A stretch of 64,000 bases of DNA from Rhodospirillaceae bacterium (lineage in GTDB: Bacteria > Pseudomonadota > Alphaproteobacteria > Rhodospirillales > Casp-alpha2): positions 8,011-72,010 of the forward strand of contig JABIPG010000104.1 of NCBI GenBank assembly GCA_018698795.1. The letters run 5' to 3'. The notes under the pieces were generated by a model. It saw only the letters and a list, made by a program, of their open reading frames with translations. It was not told the origin of the DNA and did not search any database. The position numbers and the translations under genes were made by a program. This document shows, in pieces, positions 55,466 through 64,000 of the stretch. Numbering within the stretch: position 1 is the first letter of the stretch; each line of letters begins with the position of its first letter.

Positions 55466-56902
55466 ATGACAAATCCGTGTGACCTGAACGCCACGCATGC
55501 GCGCCAACTCATCGGCGCTGGTGAACTGTCACCTGTGGAGTTGCTGGAAAGCGGCCTGGCGCGGATCGAAGATATCAATGGCTCGGTCAATGCCATTACC
55601 GCCATGGACGTCCCGCGCGCCCGCCTTGAAGCGATAGCGGCCGAGAAAGCGGTTCGTAACGGTGACGATCTACCGGCGCTGCACGGCCTACCCGTCGGCA
55701 TCAAGGATTTGAACGCCACCGAAGGTCTGCGTACGACCTACGGATCGTTGCTGCATGCCGACAATGTGCCCGATCGCGACGAGGCCCTGGTGGCGCGATT
55801 GCGCCGGGCGGGGGCGATTGTCCTGGCAAAGACCAACACACCGGAATTTGGCGCAGGCTCAAATACCACCAACAAAGTGTTCGGATCGACCTGTAACCCG
55901 TTTGATTTGGCGCGCACGTCGGGTGGTTCGTCTGGCGGCTCGGCGGCGGCGGTGGCCACCGGCATGCTGCCGATGGCGCATGGGTCCGATACGTTCGGCA
56001 GTCTGCGCAATCCCGCTACCTGGTGCGGGGTCGTCGGGTTTCGTCCGACCCCGGGCTTAGTGGCGCGTGAGGGGCGAGCGCTCAACTATACGCATTTCAG
56101 CGTGCAGGGCCCGATGGCCCGCAATGTCGCCGACGCATCGCTGATGATGGCCGGGCTTGCCGGCGATGATCCGCTGGACGCCATGGCCGGCCCTTGTGAT
56201 CCGGTTGGGTTTGCACACCTGGAGAAGCCCGATCTGTCTGATTTGCGGGTCGCCTGGACCGCTGATTTTAACGGCGAGGCGCCGCTTGATGATGGTATCC
56301 GCGACAGTTTTCAAAATGCCGTTGCGGCGATGGATGCGGCATTCGGCACATTCGAAAATCACGAGCCGGCATTTCCGGGCGTACGGGATGTGTTGTGGAC
56401 GCTGCGCTGTTTGTACTATCTGGCCAACCATACGGACCGTGTGCGCGATCATGCCGACATTCTATCGCCAAACATCGTCGCCAACGTAAAGGCGGGGCTA
56501 GGCATGTCGTTGGCGGATGCGGCGGCGGCGGAACGGGCGTGGTCGCAGCTTTACGCCGCGTTCGAGAATTTTTTCGCCGATATCGATCTGTTGATCGTGC
56601 CGGGAAACGCGGTTTCCGCCTTTCGTTTGGATGACGGCATCCCCAAAACCGTCGGTGGCAAGGTGATGGAAAACTATGTGGATGCATCGCTGGTGCGTTC
56701 CATCATCACCCTGACCGGCCATCCCGTTATCGCCGTGCCGTGCGGTGTCGATCACTTAGGCTTACCGTTCGGTGTACAAATTGTCGGACCCAAGCGGAGT
56801 GACAAGTTCCTCCTTGAAGCGGCGGCAGCTCTGGAGGACCATCTGCAAACCATGCCCGCTACGGCGCGCCCCCTACCCAACCTGAAGGACCTCATGCCAT
56901 GA
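55466..56902 (+). CDS. Amidase-signature (AS) family amidase, copy 1
   Basis: GLPVGIKD, GGSSGGSAAAVA Ser-cisSer-Lys signature region. Confidence 0.85.
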   Translation: MTNPCDLNATHARQLIGAGELSPVELLESGLARIEDINGSVNAITAMDVPRARLEAIAAEKAVRNGDDLPALHGLPVGIKDLNATEGLRTTYGSLLHADNVPDRDEALVARLRRAGAIVLAKTNTPEFGAGSNTTNKVFGSTCNPFDLARTSGGSSGGSAAAVATGMLPMAHGSDTFGSLRNPATWCGVVGFRPTPGLVAREGRALNYTHFSVQGPMARNVADASLMMAGLAGDDPLDAMAGPCDPVGFAHLEKPDLSDLRVAWTADFNGEAPLDDGIRDSFQNAVAAMDAAFGTFENHEPAFPGVRDVLWTLRCLYYLANHTDRVRDHADILSPNIVANVKAGLGMSLADAAAAERAWSQLYAAFENFFADIDLLIVPGNAVSAFRLDDGIPKTVGGKVMENYVDASLVRSIITLTGHPVIAVPCGVDHLGLPFGVQIVGPKRSDKFLLEAAAALEDHLQTMPATARPLPNLKDLMP

Positions 56903-58338
56903 CCGAACTTTGCGAGCTAAGCGCCATTGAGGCGCGGCGTCGAATCGGCACCAAAGATATTTCTCCTGTCGAATTGCTGGAAAGCTGCATTGATCGGATC
57001 GAGGCCGTCAACGGCACCGTCAATGCCGTCGTCGCCTGGGATTACGAGCGCGCCCGCATTGAGGCGAAGCAGGCGGAAGGCGATGTCATGTCCGGCGCCG
57101 ATATCGGGCCGCTGCACGGCCTGCCCATCGGTATCAAGGACCTGGAGGTCACGGAAGGCATCACCACCACGTGGGGCTCACTGCTCTATAAAGATAACGT
57201 GCCTGATGAGGACCAGCGCGCGGTCGCGGAAATCCGATACGCCGGCGGCATCGTTTTCGCTAAAACCAATACGCCTGAATTCGGCGCTGGCGCCAATACA
57301 ACCAACCGCGTTTACGGCGCTACCGGCAATCCGTTCGATCCGGTGTTGACGTGCGGCGGCTCGTCCGGCGGCTCGGCGGTGGCTTTGGCCACCGGCATGG
57401 TGCCGTTGGCGTCGGGCTCCGATTACGGCGGCAGCCTGCGCATTCCCGCTGGGTTCTGCGGTGTCGTCGGGTTCCGCCCGTCGCCCGGCGTCGTGCCTAG
57501 CGAAACCCGCGCCGTCGGCCTCAACCCCTATTCCGTGCTCGGCCCGATGGGACGCACGGTGGCCGATGCGGCTTTAATGCTGGGTATTATCGCCGATAAC
57601 GACCCACGTGACCCGTTCTCGCGTGAGTTCGATCCGGCATTGTTGGACCCGCTGCCCGATGTCGATCTCTCGATGCTACGGGTTGCGGTCTCGACCGACC
57701 TGGGCGTCGCGCCGGTCGACAACGGTATCCGTGAAACTTTCAAAAACCGCGTCGATAGCTTCCGCCATATTTTCGCCAACGCCGAAGACCGCGATCCCGG
57801 TTTTGATGAAGATCTGCATGAATCGTTTGAGATCATCCGCGCTACGAATTTCGTTGCCCAACATCGCAAGCGTCTGGAGACCCAGCGCGATCTTTTGGGA
57901 CCCAACGTTATCGACAACACCGAACGCGGCATGAAATACAGCGCCGCCGATGTCGCCTGGGCCAATGTCGAGCAAACGCGTTATTACCGCAACTTCCTGG
58001 CGCTGATGGGCGAGGTGGATATCCTGATTTCACCGACCAACGGTATCTCGCCGTTTCCGCACGAACAGCTCTACATGGATGAAATTAACGGCGAGAAAAT
58101 GCCGACCTACATGCGCTGGCTGGCGCCCTGCTATGCGCTAACCATGGCAACACCGGCGGCCTGCTCGGTGCCGTGCGGTGTCGATCACAAAGGCATGCCG
58201 TTCGGCCTTCAAATCAGCGGGCCCAATGGCTCTGATCGGTTCGTGTTGGCTGTCGCTCATGCGCTGGAGCGCGTATTGGCCGGCAACCCCGAAACGGCTA
58301 GGCCGGTGCCGGACTTGAACGCGTTGCGGACGAGTTGA
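56899..58338 (+). CDS. Amidase-signature (AS) family amidase, copy 2
   Basis: GLPIGIKD, GGSSGGSAVALA signature. ATGA overlap with copy 1. Clearly paralogous to it along the full length. Confidence 0.85.
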   Translation: MTELCELSAIEARRRIGTKDISPVELLESCIDRIEAVNGTVNAVVAWDYERARIEAKQAEGDVMSGADIGPLHGLPIGIKDLEVTEGITTTWGSLLYKDNVPDEDQRAVAEIRYAGGIVFAKTNTPEFGAGANTTNRVYGATGNPFDPVLTCGGSSGGSAVALATGMVPLASGSDYGGSLRIPAGFCGVVGFRPSPGVVPSETRAVGLNPYSVLGPMGRTVADAALMLGIIADNDPRDPFSREFDPALLDPLPDVDLSMLRVAVSTDLGVAPVDNGIRETFKNRVDSFRHIFANAEDRDPGFDEDLHESFEIIRATNFVAQHRKRLETQRDLLGPNVIDNTERGMKYSAADVAWANVEQTRYYRNFLALMGEVDILISPTNGISPFPHEQLYMDEINGEKMPTYMRWLAPCYALTMATPAACSVPCGVDHKGMPFGLQISGPNGSDRFVLAVAHALERVLAGNPETARPVPDLNALRTS

Positions 58339-58341
58339 GCG

Positions 58342-59820
58342 ATGCGCATTTTCACCGCTTGCCTGGGCACCGAAACCCACACCTGGGCACCGTTGCCCAC
58401 CGATACCAAAGCGTACGAGGATACCTACCTTGTTCGCGGCGGCGATCACCCCGAGGCCGTCAACATGTTCGGAGTGCCGCTGCAAATCTGGCGCGGCCAC
58501 GCCGATGCGAAAGGTTGGGAAACGGTCGAAAGCCTTTGTGCCTTCGCCACGCCGTCGGGTCTGGTGGTGAAGCGGACTTACGAGACCTACCGCGATGAAA
58601 TTCTAGCGGATTTAAAAAACGCCATGCCGGTCGATGCAGTGATGCTGTCGTTACACGGCGCCATGGTCGCCGACGGCTATGACGACTGCCAAGATGATCT
58701 GGTGCATTGTGTGCGCGGCATCGTCGGGCCGGACGTATTCATCGGCTGCGAGCTCGATTTGCACTGTCATATCACCAAGCGCTTTGTCGAAAACACCAAT
58801 GCTTTCGTCATCTTCAAGGAATACCCGCATATCGATTTCGCCGAGCGCGCCGAAGAGATCTGGACAATCATGGAGCGCACGCTGGCGGGCGACGTCAAGC
58901 CGGTCATCAGCACCTTCGATTGCCGCATGATCGAGCTGTTCCACACCACGCGCGAGCCGATGCGGTCCTTCGTTGATGGCATGGCGGCGTTGGAGGGCCA
59001 AGACGGCGTGTTGTCGGTATCATTGGGGCACGGATTCCCGTGGGCCAACATTCCGCACGTGGGCGCGCGCATGGTGGTGATCACCGATGATCGCAAAGAC
59101 CACGGCGACCGGCTGGCGGAAGAGCTTGGCCGCAAGCTCTGGACGTTGCGTGATTCCATCGTGCCGAGCGTCGTGGAAATGGACGATGCCATCGATCAGG
59201 CATTGGCGTTTGATGCCGGCCCGGTGGTGTTCGGCGATGCGGCGGATAATCCGGGTGGCGGTGCAGCGGGTGATTCGACATTTATCGCCCATGCCTTAAT
59301 CGCGCGCGGCATCACCAACGCCGCCATTGGCGGTATCTGGGACCCGGTGGCGGTGGACATCTGCAAAGGTGCCGGCGTCGGTGCGAAGTTGGGCTTGCGG
59401 CTGGGCGGCAAGGCCGGACCCTGGTCGGGCGATCCGCTGGATTTACAGGTCACGGTGAAAGCCGTGTTTGACGATATGATTGCTGATGGTCTCGGCAACT
59501 CGACCCGGCGCATGGGCAATACCGTGACGCTTGAGGCCGATGGCATTGAGTATGTTGTGCACGCGGTGCGGACGCAGAATTTTCACCCGAGCTTTTTCGC
59601 CAATGCCGGAATCGACTATGCAGCGAAGAAAATCCTGGTGGTGAAATCCATGCAGCATTTTTATTCCAACTATGCGGCGATCTCGGACAAGGTGATCTAC
59701 GTCTCGACGCCGGGTGTGGTGGATCACAATATTAGGCGCTTGCCATTGGAGCGCGCCGCGCGGCCCGTGTGGCCCCTGGATGACGACCCTTGGGCCAGCA
59801 ACGAACAACGGCCCTGGTAG
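58342..59820 (+). CDS. M81-family (MlrC-like) metallopeptidase, divergent paralogue B
   Basis: Same architecture as A and C but altered motifs: GTETHTW, ELDLHCHIT, FKEYPHIDF, DNPGGGAAGDST, VKSMQHFYSNY. Confidence 0.8.
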   Translation: MRIFTACLGTETHTWAPLPTDTKAYEDTYLVRGGDHPEAVNMFGVPLQIWRGHADAKGWETVESLCAFATPSGLVVKRTYETYRDEILADLKNAMPVDAVMLSLHGAMVADGYDDCQDDLVHCVRGIVGPDVFIGCELDLHCHITKRFVENTNAFVIFKEYPHIDFAERAEEIWTIMERTLAGDVKPVISTFDCRMIELFHTTREPMRSFVDGMAALEGQDGVLSVSLGHGFPWANIPHVGARMVVITDDRKDHGDRLAEELGRKLWTLRDSIVPSVVEMDDAIDQALAFDAGPVVFGDAADNPGGGAAGDSTFIAHALIARGITNAAIGGIWDPVAVDICKGAGVGAKLGLRLGGKAGPWSGDPLDLQVTVKAVFDDMIADGLGNSTRRMGNTVTLEADGIEYVVHAVRTQNFHPSFFANAGIDYAAKKILVVKSMQHFYSNYAAISDKVIYVSTPGVVDHNIRRLPLERAARPVWPLDDDPWASNEQRPW

Positions 59821-59827
59821 ATTTCAG

Positions 59828-61309
59828 ATGACCCGCGTTTTGATTGCCGGCTTCAAGCACGAGACCAACACTTTTTGCCGCCAGCCAGCCGACATGAATG
59901 CCTATCGGGCTCGCGCGCTTTTGCTGGGCGACGACGTCGCCAAGAGCATGCGCAATACCCGCACGGAGATCGCGGCATTTCTCGATTTTTGTACCACCGA
60001 AGGTTGGGAGGTGCGCCACCCGATCCATGCCAACGCCATGCCGTCGGGTCCCGTCACGCAAGCCATGCACGAGTATGTGCGCGATCATATCTTGGAAAGC
60101 CTCCGCACCGAGGGGCCGTTCGACGCCCTACTTTTGTGCCTGCACGGTGCCATGGCCTGTGAACACACGGAAGACGGCGAGGGAGAGTTGTTGGCGGCTA
60201 TCCGCGAACAAATCGGGCCTGATGTGCCCATCGCCGCGACGCTCGATTTGCACGCCAATGTTACCGATCGCATGGCTGAGTTGGCGGATATTCTGGTCCC
60301 GTACCGCACCTATCCGCATATCGACCAGTACGAGGTCGCGACGGTGGCGGCTGGCTTGATCAAGCGCACGCTCGCCGGCACCATCAAGCCCAAGACGACA
60401 GTCCGGCGCGGCGCCATGCTCGATGGTGCCGACCACGGGCGCACCACAACGCAAGGCCCGATGACTGACGTATTGGCCAGCGCTGATCGATTGTTGGTGC
60501 GGCCCGATGTTTTGGCGGCGGGCGTATGTGCGGGGTTTCCTTGGGCGGATACCCATGACACAGGCCCGACGGCGCTGATCGTCGGTGACGGCGACACGGG
60601 TGAGCACGGCGCCTTGGCCGATGCGCTGGTGCAAGAAATTTGGGACAAGCGCCATATCTCCACCATTCAGACGCTCGGCATCGAAGAGGCCATGGCGCGG
60701 GTCAAACAAGCTCGCCCCGGCAACAAACCCATCGTGCTCGCCGACTTCGCTGACAATCCGGGTGGCGGCGGGTATGGCGACGGTACCCGGCTGCTCAAGG
60801 GCATGCTTGACGCCAACTTGGCGAATGCGGCCTTCGGCACGATTTACGATCCTGGCGCGGCGGAGCTTTGCCGCGACAATGGCCTCGGCGCCATTGTGCA
60901 TCTCGATCTCGGTGGCAGGACGGACCCGGCCTACGGCGCGCCGCTTTCCGTGCGCTGCACCGTGAAGGCGGTCACCAACGGCCAGTTTCGCATGGAAGGG
61001 CCGATGACGGCAGGGCTGCAGGTCGACATGGGCACCACGGCGGTGGTCACCACCGACGGCATTGATGTTGTGGTTACGTCGCGACGCTTTCAGGTCTACG
61101 ATCAGATGTTTTTCCGCCATGCGCGCATCGACCCGTTGCTGAAAAATGTCGTGGCGGTGAAGTCAGCGCATCACTTCCGCGCCGCCTTCCAGCCGATTGC
61201 GGCGGAAGTGTTGGTGGTCGATGGCGGTGGTGGCCTGACGTCCAGGAATTACAGGGAACTCACCTACGAAAAGGTCCGCAGGCCGGTCTATCCTCTCGAT
61301 CTCGATTAA
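59828..61309 (+). CDS. M81-family (MlrC-like) metallopeptidase, paralogue C
   Basis: KHETNTFC, LHGAMACEH, TLDLHANVT, YRTYPHIDQ, DNPGGGGYGDGT, VKSAHHFRAAFQPIA, RRPVYPLDLD. Started at ATG 59828. Confidence 0.85.
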   Translation: MTRVLIAGFKHETNTFCRQPADMNAYRARALLLGDDVAKSMRNTRTEIAAFLDFCTTEGWEVRHPIHANAMPSGPVTQAMHEYVRDHILESLRTEGPFDALLLCLHGAMACEHTEDGEGELLAAIREQIGPDVPIAATLDLHANVTDRMAELADILVPYRTYPHIDQYEVATVAAGLIKRTLAGTIKPKTTVRRGAMLDGADHGRTTTQGPMTDVLASADRLLVRPDVLAAGVCAGFPWADTHDTGPTALIVGDGDTGEHGALADALVQEIWDKRHISTIQTLGIEEAMARVKQARPGNKPIVLADFADNPGGGGYGDGTRLLKGMLDANLANAAFGTIYDPGAAELCRDNGLGAIVHLDLGGRTDPAYGAPLSVRCTVKAVTNGQFRMEGPMTAGLQVDMGTTAVVTTDGIDVVVTSRRFQVYDQMFFRHARIDPLLKNVVAVKSAHHFRAAFQPIAAEVLVVDGGGGLTSRNYRELTYEKVRRPVYPLDLD

Positions 61310-61313
61310 TACC

Positions 61314-61349
61314 CAAATTGATACCTTGATTGATACCTTGATTGATACG
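61314..61349. repeat. 12-nt tandem repeat x3 (TTGATTGATACC-like) directly after the M81-C stop
   Basis: Units CAAATTGATACC / TTGATTGATACC / TTGATTGATACG. The unit resembles the native stop context GATTAATACC. It creates three extra in-frame TGA codons after the TAA. Confidence 0.95.
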
Positions 61350-61399
61350 GGGAGCCGAGCGGCGCATAATTCTTCCCAACAGGGGAGGAGGCCACGGGC

Positions 61400-62995
61400 A
61401 TGGCCACCAATACGAAGAATCGTGAATATGAGCTGAAATTTCGCGCCGAACCGGGCGATCTTGTGCGCTTTAAATCTGCTGTAGACGCCATCGATACGGC
61501 TGGCGGCGACTGGTCCGTGGTGCAGCTGCACAGCCGGTACTATGACACTCCGGACCGACGCCTCCAGAAAATGGGCACCAGTCTTCGTGTGCGGAAATCC
61601 AACAAAGGCTCGGTTCTCACCGTGAAAGCCAACGCGGGCAATGGTGACGGCGTCATTGACCGGTGGGAATGGGAACATGCCATCAGTGGCACTGAGCTCG
61701 ACCTCGCGGTGTTGCCGCCGGAGGCCTGGGGCGCCTTGGATGGCGTCACGGTGGACGACTTGGGGCCTATCATTGATGTGTCGCTGGAGCGCCACGCGAA
61801 GATTGTGCACCGCGTCGATCCGCTAGGGCCGACAATCGTCGCCGAGGCGGTGGCAGACAATGGGCGTGTTACAGCAGGTGGCGGCAGCGAAGATGTTACT
61901 GAGTGCGAGCTTGAGATGAAAAGCGGCAATCTCGGATCGTTTTTTGCACTCGCCGCAGATATCATTGAGGCATGCCCGTTACCGATGTCGTCGATCACGA
62001 AAGCTGGACGTGGCTACCGCCTATTGGCCGGCACCGTACCAGCGCCTAGAAAGATGGTAAAATTCGATATGAGCGGCGATCTCACGGTGCACCAATGCCT
62101 GGAGCAAATCTTTTCCGCCTGTATCGGGAATATTACCGCCAACGAAGAGGCCTGCATCCGGGGTGACGATCCGGAAGGCGTGCACCAGATGCGGGTGTCG
62201 ATCCGCAAATTGCGCTCAGCGCTAAAAACCTTTCGGCGCTTCATCGACCCGGCGCACAAGGCTTGGATGAACGTTGATTTGAAATGGATAGGGAACGGCC
62301 TCGGGCCAGCAAGGGATTGGGATGTGTTTTTGGATGAAACGCTTCCCTCCATGGCGGCACTTGGGATCGATGCCAAAGCCATCGAGGCGTTACGCCAAGA
62401 AGGCACACACCAACGCAGACAAGCCTATGACAGCGTGCGCGAAACCCTGTGCAGCGAGCGCTATGCCAAGATGATGATGCGGTTGACCGCTTTTGTCGCT
62501 TTGCAAAGCTGGCGGGCGCCGGATGATCCGGGCGCAGGGTCTAAATACGCGCCGTCGCGCCGGCTGAGTAAAGCGGCACCGGGCATATTTAACCGCTCGC
62601 ACAAGAAATTACTGAACGCCGGTAAAGACCTTGCCGAACTGGATATGGACGCACGCCATGCGGTGCGCATTGAGATCAAGCGCATGCGGTATGCGGTCGA
62701 TTTCCTGCGTGGTGTCTATCCGGAATCGGAAATGCAAGTCTTCGGCGCCGCGCTGCGCAATTTACAAGACAATTTCGGCACCTTGAACGATGTCGTCGTC
62801 GCGGTGCGACTGACCGATGGACTGATCCATCCAACTGTTGGCAAGCCCGTCGACGAGCAAGTCCAACTCGCTGTCGGCGAAGTGCGGGGCTGGAACGCTA
62901 GGGCGCTCAGGGATATTGAACCACGCCTGTTGGCGGACTGGAATCAATTCGTCGACACAACGCCGTTTTGGGAAAACTCAGGCGGCGCGTTTTGA
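61400..62995 (+). CDS. CYTH-domain (triphosphate tunnel metalloenzyme) plus CHAD-domain protein
   Basis: N-terminal ExExK motif (REYELKFRA). CHAD-type helical region with VHQMRVSIRKLRSAL and RIEIKRMRYAVDF. Confidence 0.85.
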   Translation: MATNTKNREYELKFRAEPGDLVRFKSAVDAIDTAGGDWSVVQLHSRYYDTPDRRLQKMGTSLRVRKSNKGSVLTVKANAGNGDGVIDRWEWEHAISGTELDLAVLPPEAWGALDGVTVDDLGPIIDVSLERHAKIVHRVDPLGPTIVAEAVADNGRVTAGGGSEDVTECELEMKSGNLGSFFALAADIIEACPLPMSSITKAGRGYRLLAGTVPAPRKMVKFDMSGDLTVHQCLEQIFSACIGNITANEEACIRGDDPEGVHQMRVSIRKLRSALKTFRRFIDPAHKAWMNVDLKWIGNGLGPARDWDVFLDETLPSMAALGIDAKAIEALRQEGTHQRRQAYDSVRETLCSERYAKMMMRLTAFVALQSWRAPDDPGAGSKYAPSRRLSKAAPGIFNRSHKKLLNAGKDLAELDMDARHAVRIEIKRMRYAVDFLRGVYPESEMQVFGAALRNLQDNFGTLNDVVVAVRLTDGLIHPTVGKPVDEQVQLAVGEVRGWNARALRDIEPRLLADWNQFVDTTPFWENSGGAF

Positions 62996-63601
62996 CGCGC
63001 CGATGGCGTTCATTAATTGCTCCAATCCCTCGTAGGGTTGCGCACCAACCAAGCCTTGGCCGTCCGCGACGAATGTCGGCACACCGGTGACGCCATAAGC
63101 GTGCGACTTCGCCCAATCGGCGTCGATGGCATCTTTGAAGCGGCGCTCGGTGAGGACGGCGCGGGCCTCGTCTTCGTTCAGGCCCACCGATTTGACGATA
63201 TCGATGATGATCTCGGTGTCACCGATGTTTCGATTGTCGACGAAATAAGCTTCAAAGAATTTGTCATGGATGGCGTCACCGCCGGGCTGCGTATCCGCCC
63301 ACTTGCCGATTTCCTGGGCGAGGCGGCTGTTATAGGTGTGGCTGCGCGTGCTGTAGGGCAAGCCTTCGCTCGCCATCAAACCTTTCATCCGGGTGTTCTT
63401 GGCCTCGACCTCTTCAGGGCCGCAGCGAAACAGCTCTTCCAGCGTCCGTCCCTCGGCGGGGGTTTCGGGGTGCAGCGGAAAATGCACTAACTGTACGTTA
63501 ACGTCGTACTCCGCCTTCAGCCGTTTCACGCGATTGTCTCCCAGGTAGCACCAGGGACAGACGTAATCGGAAAAGACTTCGAGGGTTGCCGGTTCAGACA
63601 T
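62978..63601 (-). CDS. DsbA-family (FrnE-like) thiol-disulfide oxidoreductase
   Basis: LEVFSDYVCPWCY CxxC motif near the N-terminus. Started at the internal ATG 63601. The 3' end overlaps the convergent CYTH-CHAD gene by 18 nt. Confidence 0.8.
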   Translation of the reverse strand: MSEPATLEVFSDYVCPWCYLGDNRVKRLKAEYDVNVQLVHFPLHPETPAEGRTLEELFRCGPEEVEAKNTRMKGLMASEGLPYSTRSHTYNSRLAQEIGKWADTQPGGDAIHDKFFEAYFVDNRNIGDTEIIIDIVKSVGLNEDEARAVLTERRFKDAIDADWAKSHAYGVTGVPTFVADGQGLVGAQPYEGLEQLMNAIGASKRAA

Positions 63602-63682
63602 CGGATGTTTCCTTTGATCAAAGTGATGCAATGAATGTAGGCGGCCTTGGAGATATTGCAAATTTTGCGGTGGATAGGGCGC

Positions 63683-64000
63683 CTAAATGATCCGCCGAAA
63701 GGTCAGGTTGATTCGTTCCCCGACGGGCTTAGCGGTCTTCGGAACTCCATGTTGCCAACGGCGTTGCGTGCCCGGGCCCATGATCAAAACGTCGCCATTG
63801 CCGAGCGGGACTTCAATTTTTTCCGCTGTGTCACCCTTGCGCCGAAACACAAACCGCCGGTCCGCACCAAACACGACAGAGGCGATCACCGGGTCGGGCC
63901 CTAGTTCCGGTTCGTCGTCGGCGTGCCAGCCCATGGAGTCGAGGCCATCGCGGTAGAGATTAGCGAGCACGCCATTGAAAGATGTCCCGGCGAGGGATTC
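63683..64000 (-). CDS. alkB: Fe(II)/2-oxoglutarate-dependent DNA/RNA demethylase AlkB (C-terminal part; N-terminus beyond window end)
   Basis: LANLYRDGLDSMGWHADDE (His-x-Asp) ... RRWQHGVPK ... RINLTFR motifs. The reading frame stays open to position 64000. Confidence 0.8.
   Translation of the reverse strand, partial: ESLAGTSFNGVLANLYRDGLDSMGWHADDEPELGPDPVIASVVFGADRRFVFRRKGDTAEKIEVPLGNGDVLIMGPGTQRRWQHGVPKTAKPVGERINLTFRRII

Noticed and set aside
1-64000. Mobile elements, prophage, defence islands, toxin-antitoxin pairs, tRNA/rRNA genes
   Set aside because: No transposase, integrase, recombinase, restriction/abortive-infection-type or phage structural motifs were recognised in any frame. No cloverleaf-like or rRNA-like sequences were noticed in the intergenic regions. 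tRNA absence should still be confirmed with tRNAscan-SE.

Overview
High-GC chromosomal segment, densely packed with about 62 protein-coding genes. The helicase / S4-domain / fdxA / carD neighbourhood and the gene content suggest an alphaproteobacterium; this is inference only. I recognised no rRNA, tRNA, CRISPR array, transposase, integrase or prophage genes. Main blocks: (1) 25-7778, metabolic and regulatory genes: ThDP enzyme, GntR, MmcB-like, OmpA-like, MFS, YgjP-like, DapA-like, YcgN. (2) 7821-21993, a cobalamin (corrin ring) cluster of the early-cobalt-insertion type. It holds cobB/cbiA, cbiD, cobK, cobM, a cbiG-cbiH fusion, cobI, cobL, cobH, long-form cbiX and cbiB. Three non-canonical genes are operonically embedded: an SCO/SenC-type protein, a secreted CigR/RcnB-like low-complexity protein, and an arginase-family hydrolase. 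(3) 21994-25700, a visibly lower-GC oxyR-catalase-DM13 module preceded by a 0.5-kb non-coding gap. (4) 25778-43541, assorted genes: DMT, LysR, cytochrome c', UxaA-type dehydratase, TauD, GNAT, a 23-repeat secreted MORN protein, NTF2-like proteins, helicase, S4, GlcG, DUF938, TerB, fdxA, carD, M48-LysM protease, and a 23-aa-repeat HREDGPA protein. (5) 43683-61309, a divergently organised locus of about 17.6 kb. It combines an IclR regulator, an oligopeptide-type ABC importer, three M81 (MlrC-like) metallopeptidase paralogues, two amidase-signature enzymes, an M20 peptidase, a family-III CoA-transferase and a DMT permease. This is my best candidate for an uncharacterised system, probably catabolism of an unusual or modified peptide. 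(6) 61400-64000: CYTH-CHAD, DsbA-like, and AlkB (truncated by the window end). A recurring sequence-level oddity is a set of short (9-14 nt) tandem repeats. They sit on or within about 20 nt of stop codons at eight or more loci, several duplicating the stop codon itself. All functional calls rest on motif recognition by eye; no database search was run.
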